A stretch of DNA of 59,116 bases from an uncultured Bacteroidota bacterium (GTDB lineage Bacteria; Bacteroidota; Bacteroidia; Bacteroidales; CG2-30-32-10). Where the stretch lies: positions 1-59,116 of the forward strand of contig CAISZK010000029.1 in the NCBI GenBank assembly GCA_903889915.1, written 5' to 3'. The notes below the pieces were generated by a model. The model worked only from the letters and a program-made list of their open reading frames with translations, searched no databases and was not told the DNA's origin. This document shows, piece after piece, positions 48,210 through 58,924 of this stretch. A program made the translations under genes and the position numbers. The first letter of the stretch is position 1. Every line of letters begins with the position of its first letter.

Positions 48210-49088
48210 TTGGAAAAGAAGAAGAAAAACAGTTTTTTAAAAACACTTAAGATCAAGTATCGGTTGGTGCTGATAGACGACGACAATTTCGAAGAGAAGA
48301 TGTCGCTGAGGCTTTCGCGTCTTAATGTTTTTATTGTGCTGGGGACTATTGTTATTCTTTTGATAGTGATCACTACTTTTATTATTGCTTTTACTCCCCT
48401 GCGTGAATACATTCCCGGTTATGGCAGCAGTCAGACGAATCGCAGCCTCAGGGAACTTGTGCTGAAATCGGATTCGCTGGAAGCAGACCTGAATAACAAA
48501 AACCTATACCTGCTGAATATCCGCAATGTTATGGAGGGAAAAGAAATGGTTGACAAGCTTCCTGATAAGCCGGATTCTTCGCACGTCAATTATAGCAAAC
48601 TTGATTTCAGCCGCTCAAAAGAAGATAGTACCTTACGTCTTGAAATGGAAAAGCAGGATCAGTTTAACATTGCTGTTACTGACAATTCATCAGGTTCGTC
48701 AATTTCATCAATTGCAGGGTTCTTATTTTTTACTCCTTTGAAAGGCATTATAACCAATAATTATAATCCCGCTGGAGGACATTACGGACTTGATATCGTT
48801 GCTGCAAAAAATGCAGCTATTAAAAGCACGCTCGATGGCACTGTGATCTTCTCGGAATGGACACTTCAAACAGGATATACTATCGCCATACAGCATCAGG
48901 ACAACCTTATTTCTGTTTACAAACATAACTCTGTACTTTTGAAAAAAGAAGGTGAATCGGTGAAAGCCGGAGAGGTTGTAGCTATCATTGGAGAGACCGG
49001 TGAGCTTTCAAGTGGACCGCATCTTCACTTTGAATTATGGTATGATGGAACGCCTATCAACCCGAGAGATTATATGGTTTTTCAGTAA
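48210..49088 (+). CDS. M23 family metallopeptidase
   Basis: GGHYGLDIV and ...GPHLHFELW... motifs. N-terminal TM segment. TTG start at 48210, or an internal ATG at ~48300. Confidence 0.8.
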   Translation: MEKKKKNSFLKTLKIKYRLVLIDDDNFEEKMSLRLSRLNVFIVLGTIVILLIVITTFIIAFTPLREYIPGYGSSQTNRSLRELVLKSDSLEADLNNKNLYLLNIRNVMEGKEMVDKLPDKPDSSHVNYSKLDFSRSKEDSTLRLEMEKQDQFNIAVTDNSSGSSISSIAGFLFFTPLKGIITNNYNPAGGHYGLDIVAAKNAAIKSTLDGTVIFSEWTLQTGYTIAIQHQDNLISVYKHNSVLLKKEGESVKAGEVVAIIGETGELSSGPHLHFELWYDGTPINPRDYMVFQ

Positions 49089-49209
49089 GAAGTGCACTAA
49101 AGTGTCTAAAGTTTGGAGTGTCTAAAGTTAGACGAAGATTTTAAAAAAAGTTACAGGAAGTAGTGGCAAGAAGAAACTTCATATTATAACCACGAATGAT
49201 AGACCAGCG

Positions 49210-49245
49210 TAATGACTAATGACCACTGACTAATGACCACTGACA
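49210..49245. repeat. Heptamer array overlapping the dxr start
   Basis: taatgactaatgaccactgactaatgaccactgaca. Confidence 0.7.
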
Positions 49246-50393
49246 TAAAAAAAAGAATAGCCATTTTAGGTTCGACAGGTTCCATTGGGATACAGGCTTT
49301 GGATGTCATCAGGCAACACCCAGATCATTTCATAGCGGAAGTTCTCACTGCAAATAATAATGCCGATATTCTAATCAAACAAGCCCTGGAATTCAAGCCG
49401 GACTCAGTAGTTATCTCCGATGAAAAGCAATATCAAAAAGTAAAAGATGCGCTGGACCCGCAACAGATCAAAGTTTATACCGGAGCAAATGTTTTGTCGC
49501 AGGTAGTTGAACTGGATAATATAGACATGGTGCTCACAGCGCTTGTTGGCTTTGCCGGATTAGAACCTACACTGAAAGCGATAGAAGCGGGCAAACAGAT
49601 AGCCCTTGCAAATAAAGAAACATTGGTCGTTGCAGGCGAACTTGTCACTGCTGCAGCGAAGGAAAAAGGAGTGAATATTTATCCCGTTGACTCGGAACAT
49701 TCGGCAATTTTCCAATGCCTTGCCGGCGAATTTCATAACCCTGTTGAAAAGATTTACCTCACTGCATCAGGTGGTCCGTTCAGAGGAATGACACTTGAGG
49801 CTTTAAAAAATGTTACAAAAAATGAAGCTTTAAAGCACCCCAACTGGTGCATGGGTGCTAAGATCACCATTGATTCGGCAAGCCTGATGAACAAAGGACT
49901 TGAGGTCATTGAAGCGCATTGGTTGTTTGGATTGAAAGCTGATCAGATTGATGTGATCGTACATCCGCAGTCAGTGATTCATTCCATCGTTCAGTTTGCT
50001 GATGGGAGTATGAAAGCACAGATGGGATTGCCCGACATGAAACTGCCGATTCAATATGCCCTGAGTTATCCGCAGAGATTGAAATCAAATTTTAAGCGCT
50101 TCAGTTTTTTGGATTACCCTCAACTGACATTTGAACAACCGGACCTGAAAATATTCAGAAACCTGACACTTGCTTTTGAGGCTATGAAAAAGGGAGGCAA
50201 CATGCCCTGCATCATGAATGCCGCCAATGAGGTTGTAGTGGCCGCTTTTCTTGAGGACAAAATATCATTTCTGGGGATGCCTGCGATTATTGAAAAGTGC
50301 ATGGAAAAGGTTCATTTTATCCGGAAGCCAGGGCTTGATGATTATATTAAAACAGATTTGGAAACACGTCTTTTTGCAAAGAGTATCATTTAA
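49233..50393 (+). CDS. dxr: 1-deoxy-D-xylulose 5-phosphate reductoisomerase
   Basis: IAILGSTGSIG, LANKETLV and DSEHSAIFQCL motifs. Confidence 0.95.
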   Translation: MTTDIKKRIAILGSTGSIGIQALDVIRQHPDHFIAEVLTANNNADILIKQALEFKPDSVVISDEKQYQKVKDALDPQQIKVYTGANVLSQVVELDNIDMVLTALVGFAGLEPTLKAIEAGKQIALANKETLVVAGELVTAAAKEKGVNIYPVDSEHSAIFQCLAGEFHNPVEKIYLTASGGPFRGMTLEALKNVTKNEALKHPNWCMGAKITIDSASLMNKGLEVIEAHWLFGLKADQIDVIVHPQSVIHSIVQFADGSMKAQMGLPDMKLPIQYALSYPQRLKSNFKRFSFLDYPQLTFEQPDLKIFRNLTLAFEAMKKGGNMPCIMNAANEVVVAAFLEDKISFLGMPAIIEKCMEKVHFIRKPGLDDYIKTDLETRLFAKSII

Positions 50394-50580
50394 GACTTAC
50401 GTTTATGTTGGGTGTCACAACGAAAAAATATTCTATGGTCGTTGAAGATGTTTTGGAAAAAGCTCAGGATAGCCATAATAGAGCCACTTTAGGTGTCATG
50501 AAAAGGTACTGATGCAGATTTCTTTTTTGTTCATTACCAAATAAATTGCTTGTTTTGCAAATTAATTGAATTAAATTTTA

Positions 50581-51966
50581 ATGGAAATATTAGTAAAAGC
50601 AGCTCAGCTTATAATGAGCTTATCAATACTCGTGATACTTCACGAACTTGGTCATTTTATCCCTGCCAAAATTTTCAAAACACGCGTTGAGAAGTTTTTT
50701 TTGTTTTTCGATGCATGGTTTTCAATAGTGAAATTCAGAAAAGTTGATGGCAAATGGCGTGCATGGTTCTTTGCGAAGAACAAAAAAGGAACAGACCTCT
50801 CATCAGGTGTTACGGAAATAGGTGTTGGCTGGATACCACTTGGCGGATATGTGAAAATATCGGGGATGATTGATGAATCAATGGACAAGGAGCAGATGAA
50901 ACAACCTGCCCAACCCTGGGAATTCCGCGCAAAACCGGCATGGCAGCGCCTGATCATTATGCTTGGAGGCGTAACTGTTAATGTACTTCTAGCAATACTT
51001 ATTTACATTGTGATGCTCGCAGCATGGGGTGATGAATATCTGCCAACCAAAAACGTAAAATATGGTATAGCCTGCGATTCTCTCGGTCTGCAAATGGGGC
51101 TGAAGAACGGGGACAAAATAATTTCTGTTGATAACAAACAAGTAGAGGACTTCCAAAAGATCCCATCCGAGATCATACTTGAACAGGCAAGTACCGTACA
51201 GGTGAACCGTGATGGCAAACCAGTAAACGTCATGATACCGGAAGGGTTTATTGGCAAACTGATAAAATACAAATCTGCTGACTTTATAGATTTCCGTTTT
51301 CCTTTTGAGATAGCTGATTTCCCTAAGAATTCGGCAGCAAAAGAAGCCGGACTTAAAGTGAATGATAAGATCATCGGGCTGAACGGAAAATGGATGAATT
51401 ATTTTGATGAGTTCCATAATGAAGTTGTCAAGTATAAAAGCCAAACGGTAAAAGTTGCTGTGCTTCGTGGAAAAGACACTCTGCAGTTGCCGGTGCATGT
51501 TACAGATGAAGGCACAATTGGTGTTCAGACAAAAGACCGGACAACTTATTTTGAACTGAAAAAACACGAGTACAATATCCTGACCGCAATACCTGCCGGA
51601 GCAGTGAAAGCGTATAAAACTTTCGGAAATTACCTGAAACAGTTAAAGCTTATTTTCTCGCCGGGTACCAAGGCATATGAATCTGTCGGAGGTTTTATTA
51701 CTATCGGGAAAATATTCCCTTCTCAGTGGGACTGGATGGCTTTCTGGAATCTTACTGCATTTTTGTCAATCATACTTGCGATCATGAACGTACTTCCTAT
51801 TCCTGCATTGGATGGAGGGCATGTGTTGTTTCTCTTATACGAGATCATCACACGCAGAAAACCAAGTGAGAAATTTATGGAGTATGCTCAGTATGCAGGC
51901 ATGGTTTTCCTTCTGGCCTTGTTGTTACTTGCCAATGGGAATGATGTGGTAAAACTTTTCAAATAG
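50581..51966 (+). CDS. rseP: RIP metalloprotease RseP (site-2 protease)
   Basis: HELGHF zinc motif, PDZ domains and the LDGG motif (NVLPIPALDGGH). Confidence 0.9.
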   Translation: MEILVKAAQLIMSLSILVILHELGHFIPAKIFKTRVEKFFLFFDAWFSIVKFRKVDGKWRAWFFAKNKKGTDLSSGVTEIGVGWIPLGGYVKISGMIDESMDKEQMKQPAQPWEFRAKPAWQRLIIMLGGVTVNVLLAILIYIVMLAAWGDEYLPTKNVKYGIACDSLGLQMGLKNGDKIISVDNKQVEDFQKIPSEIILEQASTVQVNRDGKPVNVMIPEGFIGKLIKYKSADFIDFRFPFEIADFPKNSAAKEAGLKVNDKIIGLNGKWMNYFDEFHNEVVKYKSQTVKVAVLRGKDTLQLPVHVTDEGTIGVQTKDRTTYFELKKHEYNILTAIPAGAVKAYKTFGNYLKQLKLIFSPGTKAYESVGGFITIGKIFPSQWDWMAFWNLTAFLSIILAIMNVLPIPALDGGHVLFLLYEIITRRKPSEKFMEYAQYAGMVFLLALLLLANGNDVVKLFK

Positions 51967-52287
51967 TTTCTTAAAATTATTTAAAATAACTTGACTTCCG
52001 GTCATCTTTATAGTACCTTTGTAATGCCGTAGGTTTTAAGTTTTAATTAATAGTGAATTCAGAAAAACCGTTCTTGGAAAAGGACGGTTTTCTGTTTTTA
52101 TGACTTTCTGCTATCTGTCTCCAACTACAAAGCTCATGGGGCTTGCCCTTCACAAGGACTTTTTGTAAATGTGATGTGGCTATTTCACAACGTTTTTAAT
52201 TTTTCTGAGAATTTCCTTTCCGTTCATAAACAATAAAAACAGTAATTTTACCGTTCATTAACGCACCATATTTAATTACATTTTCGT

Positions 52288-53760
52288 TTGAATCCAATAA
52301 AACAACTTGCAGGACAAACCGCTATTTACGGGCTAAGCAGCATCATTGGCCGTGTGATAGGTTACCTCCTTGTACCGCTTTATACACGTGTGTTCATACC
52401 GTCAGAATACGGAATATCCAATGAACTTTATGCTTATAGTTCTCTTCTATTGGTGTTGCTTACCTATGGACTTGAGACTGCTTTTTTCAGATTCACAAGT
52501 ATTGAAAAAGACAAGCCGCGGGTTTATAGTACGGCATTAATATCCATACTTTGCACCACTGCTCTATTTATAATACTCGCCGTTTCCTGCTCCCGCCCTA
52601 TTGCTGTTTTGATAAGGTACCCGAAGCATTTGGAATATATTATCTGGTTTATTCTGATCGTTTCAATGGACGCTCTTACCGCCATTCCTTTTGCTCATTT
52701 GCGTGCCGTCAACAAAGCGAAACGATTTGCCACTGTCAAGTTGATCAACATATTTTTCTACATCGGACTTAACCTTTTTTTCATTCTACTGTGTCCTTAT
52801 CTGCTTGAAAAGGGATGGCTCACCGGATTTGTAAATCTTGTGTACAGCAAAGAGATTGGTGTGGGTTATATTTTTATTTCAAATCTTATTGCCAGTGCAC
52901 TTACAATTGTTCTGCTGCTTCCGGAATATCTCAGTATTAAGTATGATTTTGATCGAGTATTGTGGAAAAGAATGATGCGTTATGCACTTCCATTGCTCAT
53001 AGTTGGATTTGCCGGTATCATCAACGAAACGATGGACAGGATTTTCCTGAAGTTTTTATTGCCTGAAAAGATAGCAATGGATCAGGTGGGGATATACGGA
53101 GCCTGTTATAAAATCTCACTTATCCTGACAATATTTATTCAGGCTTTTCGGTTTGCTGCCGATCCTTTTTTCTTTTCAAAAGCCAATGAAAAAAATGCAA
53201 AGCAGATCTATGCCGATGTGATGAAATATTTCGTCATCATCTGTGCCTTTATTTTCCTGACAGTAATGCTCTATATTGATGTTGTAAAATATTTTGTCGG
53301 TAGTGATTATTACAAAGGGCTTCCTATTGTGCCAATTCTGCTGTTAGCGAATATGTGCCTGGGGATTTACTACAATCTTTCGATATGGTACAAACTTACT
53401 GACAAGACAACTTTTGGCGCTTACATTTCCATTTTCGGTGCGGTGTTGACAATTATTCTCAATGTAATTTGGATACCTATCATTGGCTATATGGGCTCGG
53501 CATGGGCAACGCTGATCTGTTATGCTTCGATGATGATTGTTTCATTCATCTACGGACAGAAACACTACTATGTAAATTACAACATGAAAAGGATACTTGG
53601 TTATATTGCTCTGGCGTTAGCATTGTTTTTTGTGAAAAAATATCTCACTTTTGATTCTGCAATTCTCAGATACACTTTAAGCACTCTGCTGTTATTGATC
53701 TTTAGTGGTGTAGTATTTTATTTTGAAAAATCATCTCTTCTTTGGAAAAAAGAGCAATAG
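52288..53760 (+). CDS. Oligosaccharide flippase/polysaccharide biosynthesis protein (Wzx-like, MOP superfamily)
   Basis: Profile of ~14 TM helices and a Polysacc_synt-like N-terminus. TTG start. Confidence 0.65.
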   Translation: MNPIKQLAGQTAIYGLSSIIGRVIGYLLVPLYTRVFIPSEYGISNELYAYSSLLLVLLTYGLETAFFRFTSIEKDKPRVYSTALISILCTTALFIILAVSCSRPIAVLIRYPKHLEYIIWFILIVSMDALTAIPFAHLRAVNKAKRFATVKLINIFFYIGLNLFFILLCPYLLEKGWLTGFVNLVYSKEIGVGYIFISNLIASALTIVLLLPEYLSIKYDFDRVLWKRMMRYALPLLIVGFAGIINETMDRIFLKFLLPEKIAMDQVGIYGACYKISLILTIFIQAFRFAADPFFFSKANEKNAKQIYADVMKYFVIICAFIFLTVMLYIDVVKYFVGSDYYKGLPIVPILLLANMCLGIYYNLSIWYKLTDKTTFGAYISIFGAVLTIILNVIWIPIIGYMGSAWATLICYASMMIVSFIYGQKHYYVNYNMKRILGYIALALALFFVKKYLTFDSAILRYTLSTLLLLIFSGVVFYFEKSSLLWKKEQ

Positions 53761-53853
53761 TGAAATCCATTAACTGCAAAAAATATGAATTTGTGAAAAT
53801 GATTTTTAGATAGTAATGTAATTGTAAAAAATTATCAGGATGGAAAGGGAAAA

Positions 53854-54120
53854 TTAGGGAAATCTTTTATAAATATCTTTCCTGTGAAGAAATCTGATAA
53901 ACTCTGCAGTATTGCCATCAATAGTTAGTCCTGCTCTATAATTGCCGATGCGAATTCTGAAATAATTTTTGTAACCTTTTATCTTTTTAATGTTTTTAAT
54001 TGCATCAATACTTATAGCCTTACTTACATCTTCAATCATGCGATAAATTTGAATTTTCACTTTCGCATCCCGGAGAATAGAAATATCTTTATCAAAAGAG
54101 TGGTCAATTTTTACAATCAT
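53854..54120 (-). CDS. Type II TA toxin, RelE/ParE family
   Basis: ...FRIRIGNYRAGLTIDGNTAEFIRFLHRKDIYK... 4-bp overlap with the upstream antitoxin. Confidence 0.75.
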   Translation of the reverse strand: MIVKIDHSFDKDISILRDAKVKIQIYRMIEDVSKAISIDAIKNIKKIKGYKNYFRIRIGNYRAGLTIDGNTAEFIRFLHRKDIYKRFP

Positions 54121-54344
54121 TTACTCTTAAGTTTTTTTAAGAAATTGTCTGTATCAACATATTCTCCCGTACGACCTTCGTCCATAAGTTTGGCTAACGT
54201 CGAATCTTCCATTTCTTCAAGTTCATCAGGATTTAGAAACGTAACCACATTATCCTGTTTTTTGCGTGATTTAAACTCTTTAAGTAAATTTAAAAGAAGC
54301 TTCCCGCTTGGTAAAGCATCATTTATAGATACAATATGTTGCAT
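54117..54344 (-). CDS. Antitoxin partner of the RelE/ParE toxin
   Basis: 75 aa. Lies immediately upstream with an overlap. The ...LAKLMDEGRTGEYVDTDNFLKKL tail is typical of Bacteroidota ParE-associated antitoxins. Confidence 0.6.
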   Translation of the reverse strand: MQHIVSINDALPSGKLLLNLLKEFKSRKKQDNVVTFLNPDELEEMEDSTLAKLMDEGRTGEYVDTDNFLKKLKSK

Positions 54345-54727
54345 GATTTTATTTTTTACAAAATTACAAAATATTATGAAGAAAATAAAAATTAGAATTC
54401 AGAAACATTGAACCTTGAGCCTACTCCGAAAAGTAAAAAACACAAAATTGCCGCTAAGGCACGAAGACACCAAGAAACGCAATGTATTGAAAAGCAATCA
54501 TAACTTTTTTGCGAAACTTCGAGTCTTTGAGCCTTCGCGGCAAGAAAAAGACTTATCGGAGCAGCCTCAACCTTAAAGCTTAAACTTTGAACAAAACCAC
54601 GAACCACAAACCACAAACAACAAACTCTCCAACACTTTCTTTATTCACAATCCATTACTCATAACTTCCAATTTTCACGGGTAAATATTTTGCGGATTTT
54701 AGTACTTTTGCTCTGAAAATAGAATTT

Positions 54728-55162
54728 ATGCAAATTAAAATTGTCAATCATTCCGGGCATCCGCTGCCGGTTTATGAAACCATTCATTCAGCCGGAATGG
54801 ATCTGAGGGCAAACCTCGATAAGCCTGTTGCCCTAAAAACTCTTGAACGCGCTTTGATACCAACAGGTTTATTTATTGAATTGCCGGTAGGGTATGAAGC
54901 CCAGATTCGCCCAAGAAGCGGTCTTGCTTTTAAAAAAGGAATCTCCGTGCTGAATACTCCCGGTACCATTGATGCTGATTACAGGGGTGAGATAAAAGTG
55001 ATACTGATCAACCTTTCAAATGAAGAATTCATTGTTGAAAATGGTGAACGGATAGCACAGATGATCATCAGCAGTCATGAAAGAGCAGAGCTTATTGAAG
55101 TCAAAGAATTGGCAGAAACAGAAAGAGGAGCCGGAGGCTTCGGACATACAGGAACAAAATAA
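54728..55162 (+). CDS. dut: dUTP diphosphatase
   Basis: [22 protein letters not shown] and RIAQMI motifs. Confidence 0.95.
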   Translation: MQIKIVNHSGHPLPVYETIHSAGMDLRANLDKPVALKTLERALIPTGLFIELPVGYEAQIRPRSGLAFKKGISVLNTPGTIDADYRGEIKVILINLSNEEFIVENGERIAQMIISSHERAELIEVKELAETERGAGGFGHTGTK

Positions 55163-55256
55163 ATGAAGTGTCTAAAGTGTGCCAGAGTGACTAAAGTACT
55201 TCTTGCACCATCAACTTTAGACACTTTATTACACTTATAACTATAGACACTTTTTT

Positions 55257-56258
55257 ATGAAAATAATAATTCCAATGGCCGGTATGGGAAAACGTATGCG
55301 GCCGCATACATTGACAATTCCCAAACCTCTTATAAAGGTTGCAGGAAAACCTATAGTGCAGAGACTTGTTGAGGATATTGGCAAGGTCTGCAATGAGAAG
55401 ATTGATGAAATAGCTTTTGTTATTGGTGATTTTGGAAAAGAAACAGAGGATATGTTGCTTTCCATCGCCTCTGCTGTTGGCGCAAAAGGGAAAATCTATT
55501 ACCAGGATGTTCCGTTGGGTACAGCACATGCAGTATTGTGTGCCAAAGAGTCTTTGAGCGGAAAAATTGTTGTTGCTTTTGCCGACACATTGTTTAAGGC
55601 AGATTTCACACTTGATGAATCGCAAAACGGGATCATCTGGGTACACAAGGTTGAAGATCCAAGCGCTTTTGGTGTGGTAAAAACCAATGAGAATAATGAA
55701 ATAACCGACTTTATTGAAAAGCCACAGACTTTCATAACCGACCTTGCGATTATTGGGATCTATTATTTCCGGGATGGAGATTCTCTGAAGAAGGAACTTC
55801 AGTATCTCATTGATCATGATCTTCAGAAAAACGGGGAGTATCAGATCACCGATGCATTGGCAAATATGCAGAAGCATGGGACGGTATTTTATGCCGGCAA
55901 GGTGAATGAATGGCTTGACTGCGGAAATAAAGATGCAACAGTATATACCAATCAGAGGATTTTGGAGTTTACTAAAAATGAAAAACTGACATCAGACACT
56001 GTGAATCTTGAAAATTCAATTATTATCCAGCCCTGTTTTTTGGGTGAGAATGTGAAAATCATCAATTCCATTATTGGTCCGCATGTGTCTGTTGGCGAAA
56101 ATACGGTTATTGATTATTCTGTAATTACAAACAGCATTATCCAATCTGATTCAAAAATTTCAAATATCAACATTGATAACTCCATGATCGGAAGTCATGT
56201 TGAATATTATGGTGAAAACAGGGAAGTCAGCGTTGGAGATTATACTGAAATAAAATGA
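55257..56258 (+). CDS. Sugar-phosphate nucleotidyltransferase with a C-terminal left-handed beta-helix
   Basis: MKIIIPMAGMGKRMRP is a G-x-G-x-R NTP_transferase motif. C-terminal hexapeptide repeats. Confidence 0.7.
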   Translation: MKIIIPMAGMGKRMRPHTLTIPKPLIKVAGKPIVQRLVEDIGKVCNEKIDEIAFVIGDFGKETEDMLLSIASAVGAKGKIYYQDVPLGTAHAVLCAKESLSGKIVVAFADTLFKADFTLDESQNGIIWVHKVEDPSAFGVVKTNENNEITDFIEKPQTFITDLAIIGIYYFRDGDSLKKELQYLIDHDLQKNGEYQITDALANMQKHGTVFYAGKVNEWLDCGNKDATVYTNQRILEFTKNEKLTSDTVNLENSIIIQPCFLGENVKIINSIIGPHVSVGENTVIDYSVITNSIIQSDSKISNINIDNSMIGSHVEYYGENREVSVGDYTEIK

Positions 56259-56261
56259 CAC

Positions 56262-56378
56262 CAGTCAAAAGTCATTAGTCAATAGTCATTGGTCAATAGT
56301 CATATGATCCTTGCAAATAACCAATGACTGCTGACTAATAACTAATGACTACTGACCATTGACAAATGACAATTAATA
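56262..56378. repeat. Inverted heptamer array (GTCATT×n then AATGAC×n)
   Basis: gtcattagtcaatagtcattggtcaatagtcat ... aatgactgctgactaataactaatgactactgaccattgacaaatgac. Confidence 0.8.
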
Positions 56379-56379
56379 A

Positions 56380-58101
56380 ATGAAACAAAAAACCCCGATA
56401 ATATTATTCTTCTTTATCCTCATTCTCTTTTCATCTTGTGGGATATTTAAGCATTCTAAGAAATCAGCGCTTACACAGGATCAGAAATTAGAAAATACTG
56501 CTGAATTTATTGATGGTTGCAGGGAGAAAGCTCTTCTGGATTATGATAAAGCAATTACATGTTTTTTAAAATGTATCAAAACCGATCCCTCCAATGCTGC
56601 TGCAATGTATGAGGTGGCCGGGATTTATTATTTGCAGAAAAAGAGTAAAGATGCAATGCCGTTGGCTGAAAAAGCAGTTAAACTTGATCCTGACAATAAC
56701 TGGTACCAGATGCTTTATGCAAACCTTTTAATTGATGCCTTGCGATACAAGGAAGCCAGGGCTATTTATGAAAAGTTAGCCAAAGCCAATCCCGGCAATG
56801 TTGAATACTATTTCGACTGGGCCGACGGATGTATCTATATGGGAAAATACCAGGAAGCTATTGATGTGTACGATGAGGTTGAGAAAAAACTGGGCGTTAG
56901 TGAAGAGTTGTCTTTGCAGAAAGAAAAAATCTATCTTGAATTAAAGAAAACAGATAAGGCAATTGAAGAAATTCAAAAGCTCGTTGATGCGTTTCCGACC
57001 GAAACAAGCTATTATAATTACCTTGCAGACCTGTATCTGAAAACCGGTAATACCAGCAAAGCTTATGAAATTTACAAGAAGATTCTTGAAATTAATCCTG
57101 CCGATGCGAATGTGCACTTATCTCTGGCTGATTATTACCGTAAGGTAAATGAGAAAGATAAATCTTTTGATGAACTGAAGCTTGCCTTTTCTAACCCCGG
57201 TCTGGATATTGATGCCAAGGTAAAAATACTTTTGTCCTACTACACCCTTACTGAAAAATCGGATGAACTCAAGGAGCAGGCTTATGCTTTGCTGGATCTG
57301 ATGATGAAGTCTGATTCAAATGAAGCCAAAGCACATTCCATCTACGCCGATTTTTTGTATCGTGATAAAAAAGTGAAGGAAGCCCGTGATCAATATTTAA
57401 AGGTTGTAGCCATTGATAGCAGCAAATTTGCAGTGTGGAAAGAATTATTGGCATTGGAAGCTGAATTGAATGATAATGCCGGCCTGGAAAAGCAAAGCAA
57501 ACGAGCCATCAGTATGTTTCCTGAACAGTACATATTGTACTTGTATAATGGGATTGCTGAATATTCGCTGAAAAAATATGATGAGGCCATTACCTCCCTG
57601 AACAAGGGAGTTGCGCTTGTGGTTTATGATGATGCCATGCTCGAAGAGTTCTACACCTACCTTGGCAACTGCTATTATGAAAAGAAAAATTACAAAGACG
57701 CTTATCTCGCATTTGACAAAGTTCTGGATATTGATCCTAAAAATGTTCTTGTCCTGAACAACTATGCATACTATCTTTCAGAGCAGGGTGAAGACCTTGA
57801 CAAAGCTGAAAAGATGGCAAAGAAAGCCGTTGATGCCAGCCCCGACAGTTCGTCATATCTCGACACTTATGGCTGGGTGTTTTATGTGGAAAAGAAATAT
57901 TCTAATGCAGAGACGTGGATAAAAAAGGCAATTGACAAAGGAGGAAGCTCCAATTCCACGATTCTCGAACATTACGGTGATGTTCAATACCGGTTGGGCA
58001 ACGTGGATAAAGCCCTTGAATACTGGAAATCCGCAAAAGAAAAAGGCACAGGGTCTGACTCGTTGGATAAGAAAATAACTGATAAAAAAATTGGTGAGTA
58101 G
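56380..58101 (+). CDS. TPR repeat lipoprotein
   Basis: Lipobox LFSSCG. Many TPR units. Confidence 0.7.
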   Translation: MKQKTPIILFFFILILFSSCGIFKHSKKSALTQDQKLENTAEFIDGCREKALLDYDKAITCFLKCIKTDPSNAAAMYEVAGIYYLQKKSKDAMPLAEKAVKLDPDNNWYQMLYANLLIDALRYKEARAIYEKLAKANPGNVEYYFDWADGCIYMGKYQEAIDVYDEVEKKLGVSEELSLQKEKIYLELKKTDKAIEEIQKLVDAFPTETSYYNYLADLYLKTGNTSKAYEIYKKILEINPADANVHLSLADYYRKVNEKDKSFDELKLAFSNPGLDIDAKVKILLSYYTLTEKSDELKEQAYALLDLMMKSDSNEAKAHSIYADFLYRDKKVKEARDQYLKVVAIDSSKFAVWKELLALEAELNDNAGLEKQSKRAISMFPEQYILYLYNGIAEYSLKKYDEAITSLNKGVALVVYDDAMLEEFYTYLGNCYYEKKNYKDAYLAFDKVLDIDPKNVLVLNNYAYYLSEQGEDLDKAEKMAKKAVDASPDSSSYLDTYGWVFYVEKKYSNAETWIKKAIDKGGSSNSTILEHYGDVQYRLGNVDKALEYWKSAKEKGTGSDSLDKKITDKKIGE

Positions 58102-58924
58102 ATTGAAAAAAATAAGCTTGAATGGTTTGATTGCAGGACTTGTTGTATGTGCAATCATATTTGGATGCAATCCTCAGAAAAAAATCATCAGAGAACCTCT
58201 CAAAGAAAAAGGTGCAGATTATCTTGTCGGACAATTGAAAAAAAATGAATTTCATTTCAAATGTTTAAACATCAAATTTGACGCAGAGGTTAAATACAAT
58301 AAGAAAAGCAATTCTTTCAGTGGCAATGCAAGGATCAGGAAAGACAGCGCTATATGGCTTGCCATTTATCCCCTGCTTGGAATTGAGGCTGCCAGGATTG
58401 TGATCACCACAGACTCTATTAAATTATTGAATCGGGTGGCGCAAACGTATTACTGTGGCAGCATTAAATACATCAATACTCTTTTGGGAACAACCCTGGA
58501 TTTCGATATGCTGCAGTCATTATTGATAGGAAATGATTTTAGCTCTTATGAAAATGATGTTTTTAAAGCATCCGTTGATGGAAAGCAATATTTGCTGAGC
58601 ACTATCGGGAGAAGAAAACTGAAAAAGCCTTTAAAGAATACAAATGATACACTGATGTTGATGCAGGACATTTGGTTAGATCCTGATAATTTCAAAATAG
58701 TAAAAGTTCATATCAAACAGATGAGGGAAATGCAAAAACTTGATGTTGCTTATTCGGATTTCATAAAAGTTGACTCTTTGCTTTTCCCAAAGACTATTCA
58801 GTATGTTGCAGTAAATGATAAAAACAAAATTGAGATAAATATTGATAATTCAAAAGTCACTACCAATGGAACAATTTCATTTCCGTTTATTGTCAGTGAT
58901 AAATACGATAGAATAAAGTATTGA
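58091..58924 (+). CDS. DUF4292-like (LolB-like) lipoprotein
   Basis: Lipobox IIFGCN. The arrangement after the TPR lipoprotein is conserved in Bacteroidota. Confidence 0.4.
   Translation: MVSRLKKISLNGLIAGLVVCAIIFGCNPQKKIIREPLKEKGADYLVGQLKKNEFHFKCLNIKFDAEVKYNKKSNSFSGNARIRKDSAIWLAIYPLLGIEAARIVITTDSIKLLNRVAQTYYCGSIKYINTLLGTTLDFDMLQSLLIGNDFSSYENDVFKASVDGKQYLLSTIGRRKLKKPLKNTNDTLMLMQDIWLDPDNFKIVKVHIKQMREMQKLDVAYSDFIKVDSLLFPKTIQYVAVNDKNKIEINIDNSKVTTNGTISFPFIVSDKYDRIKY

Noticed and set aside
50652-51567. Minus-strand ORFs 50652-50957, 50989-51567 and 51003-51374
   Set aside because: They are antisense to rseP, which has unambiguous HExxH, PDZ and LDG motifs. They are shadow ORFs.
55191-55877. 228-aa ORF on the minus strand
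   Set aside because: It is entirely antisense to the well-supported nucleotidyltransferase gene (55257-56258) and reads as a low-complexity Cys/Ile-rich translation.
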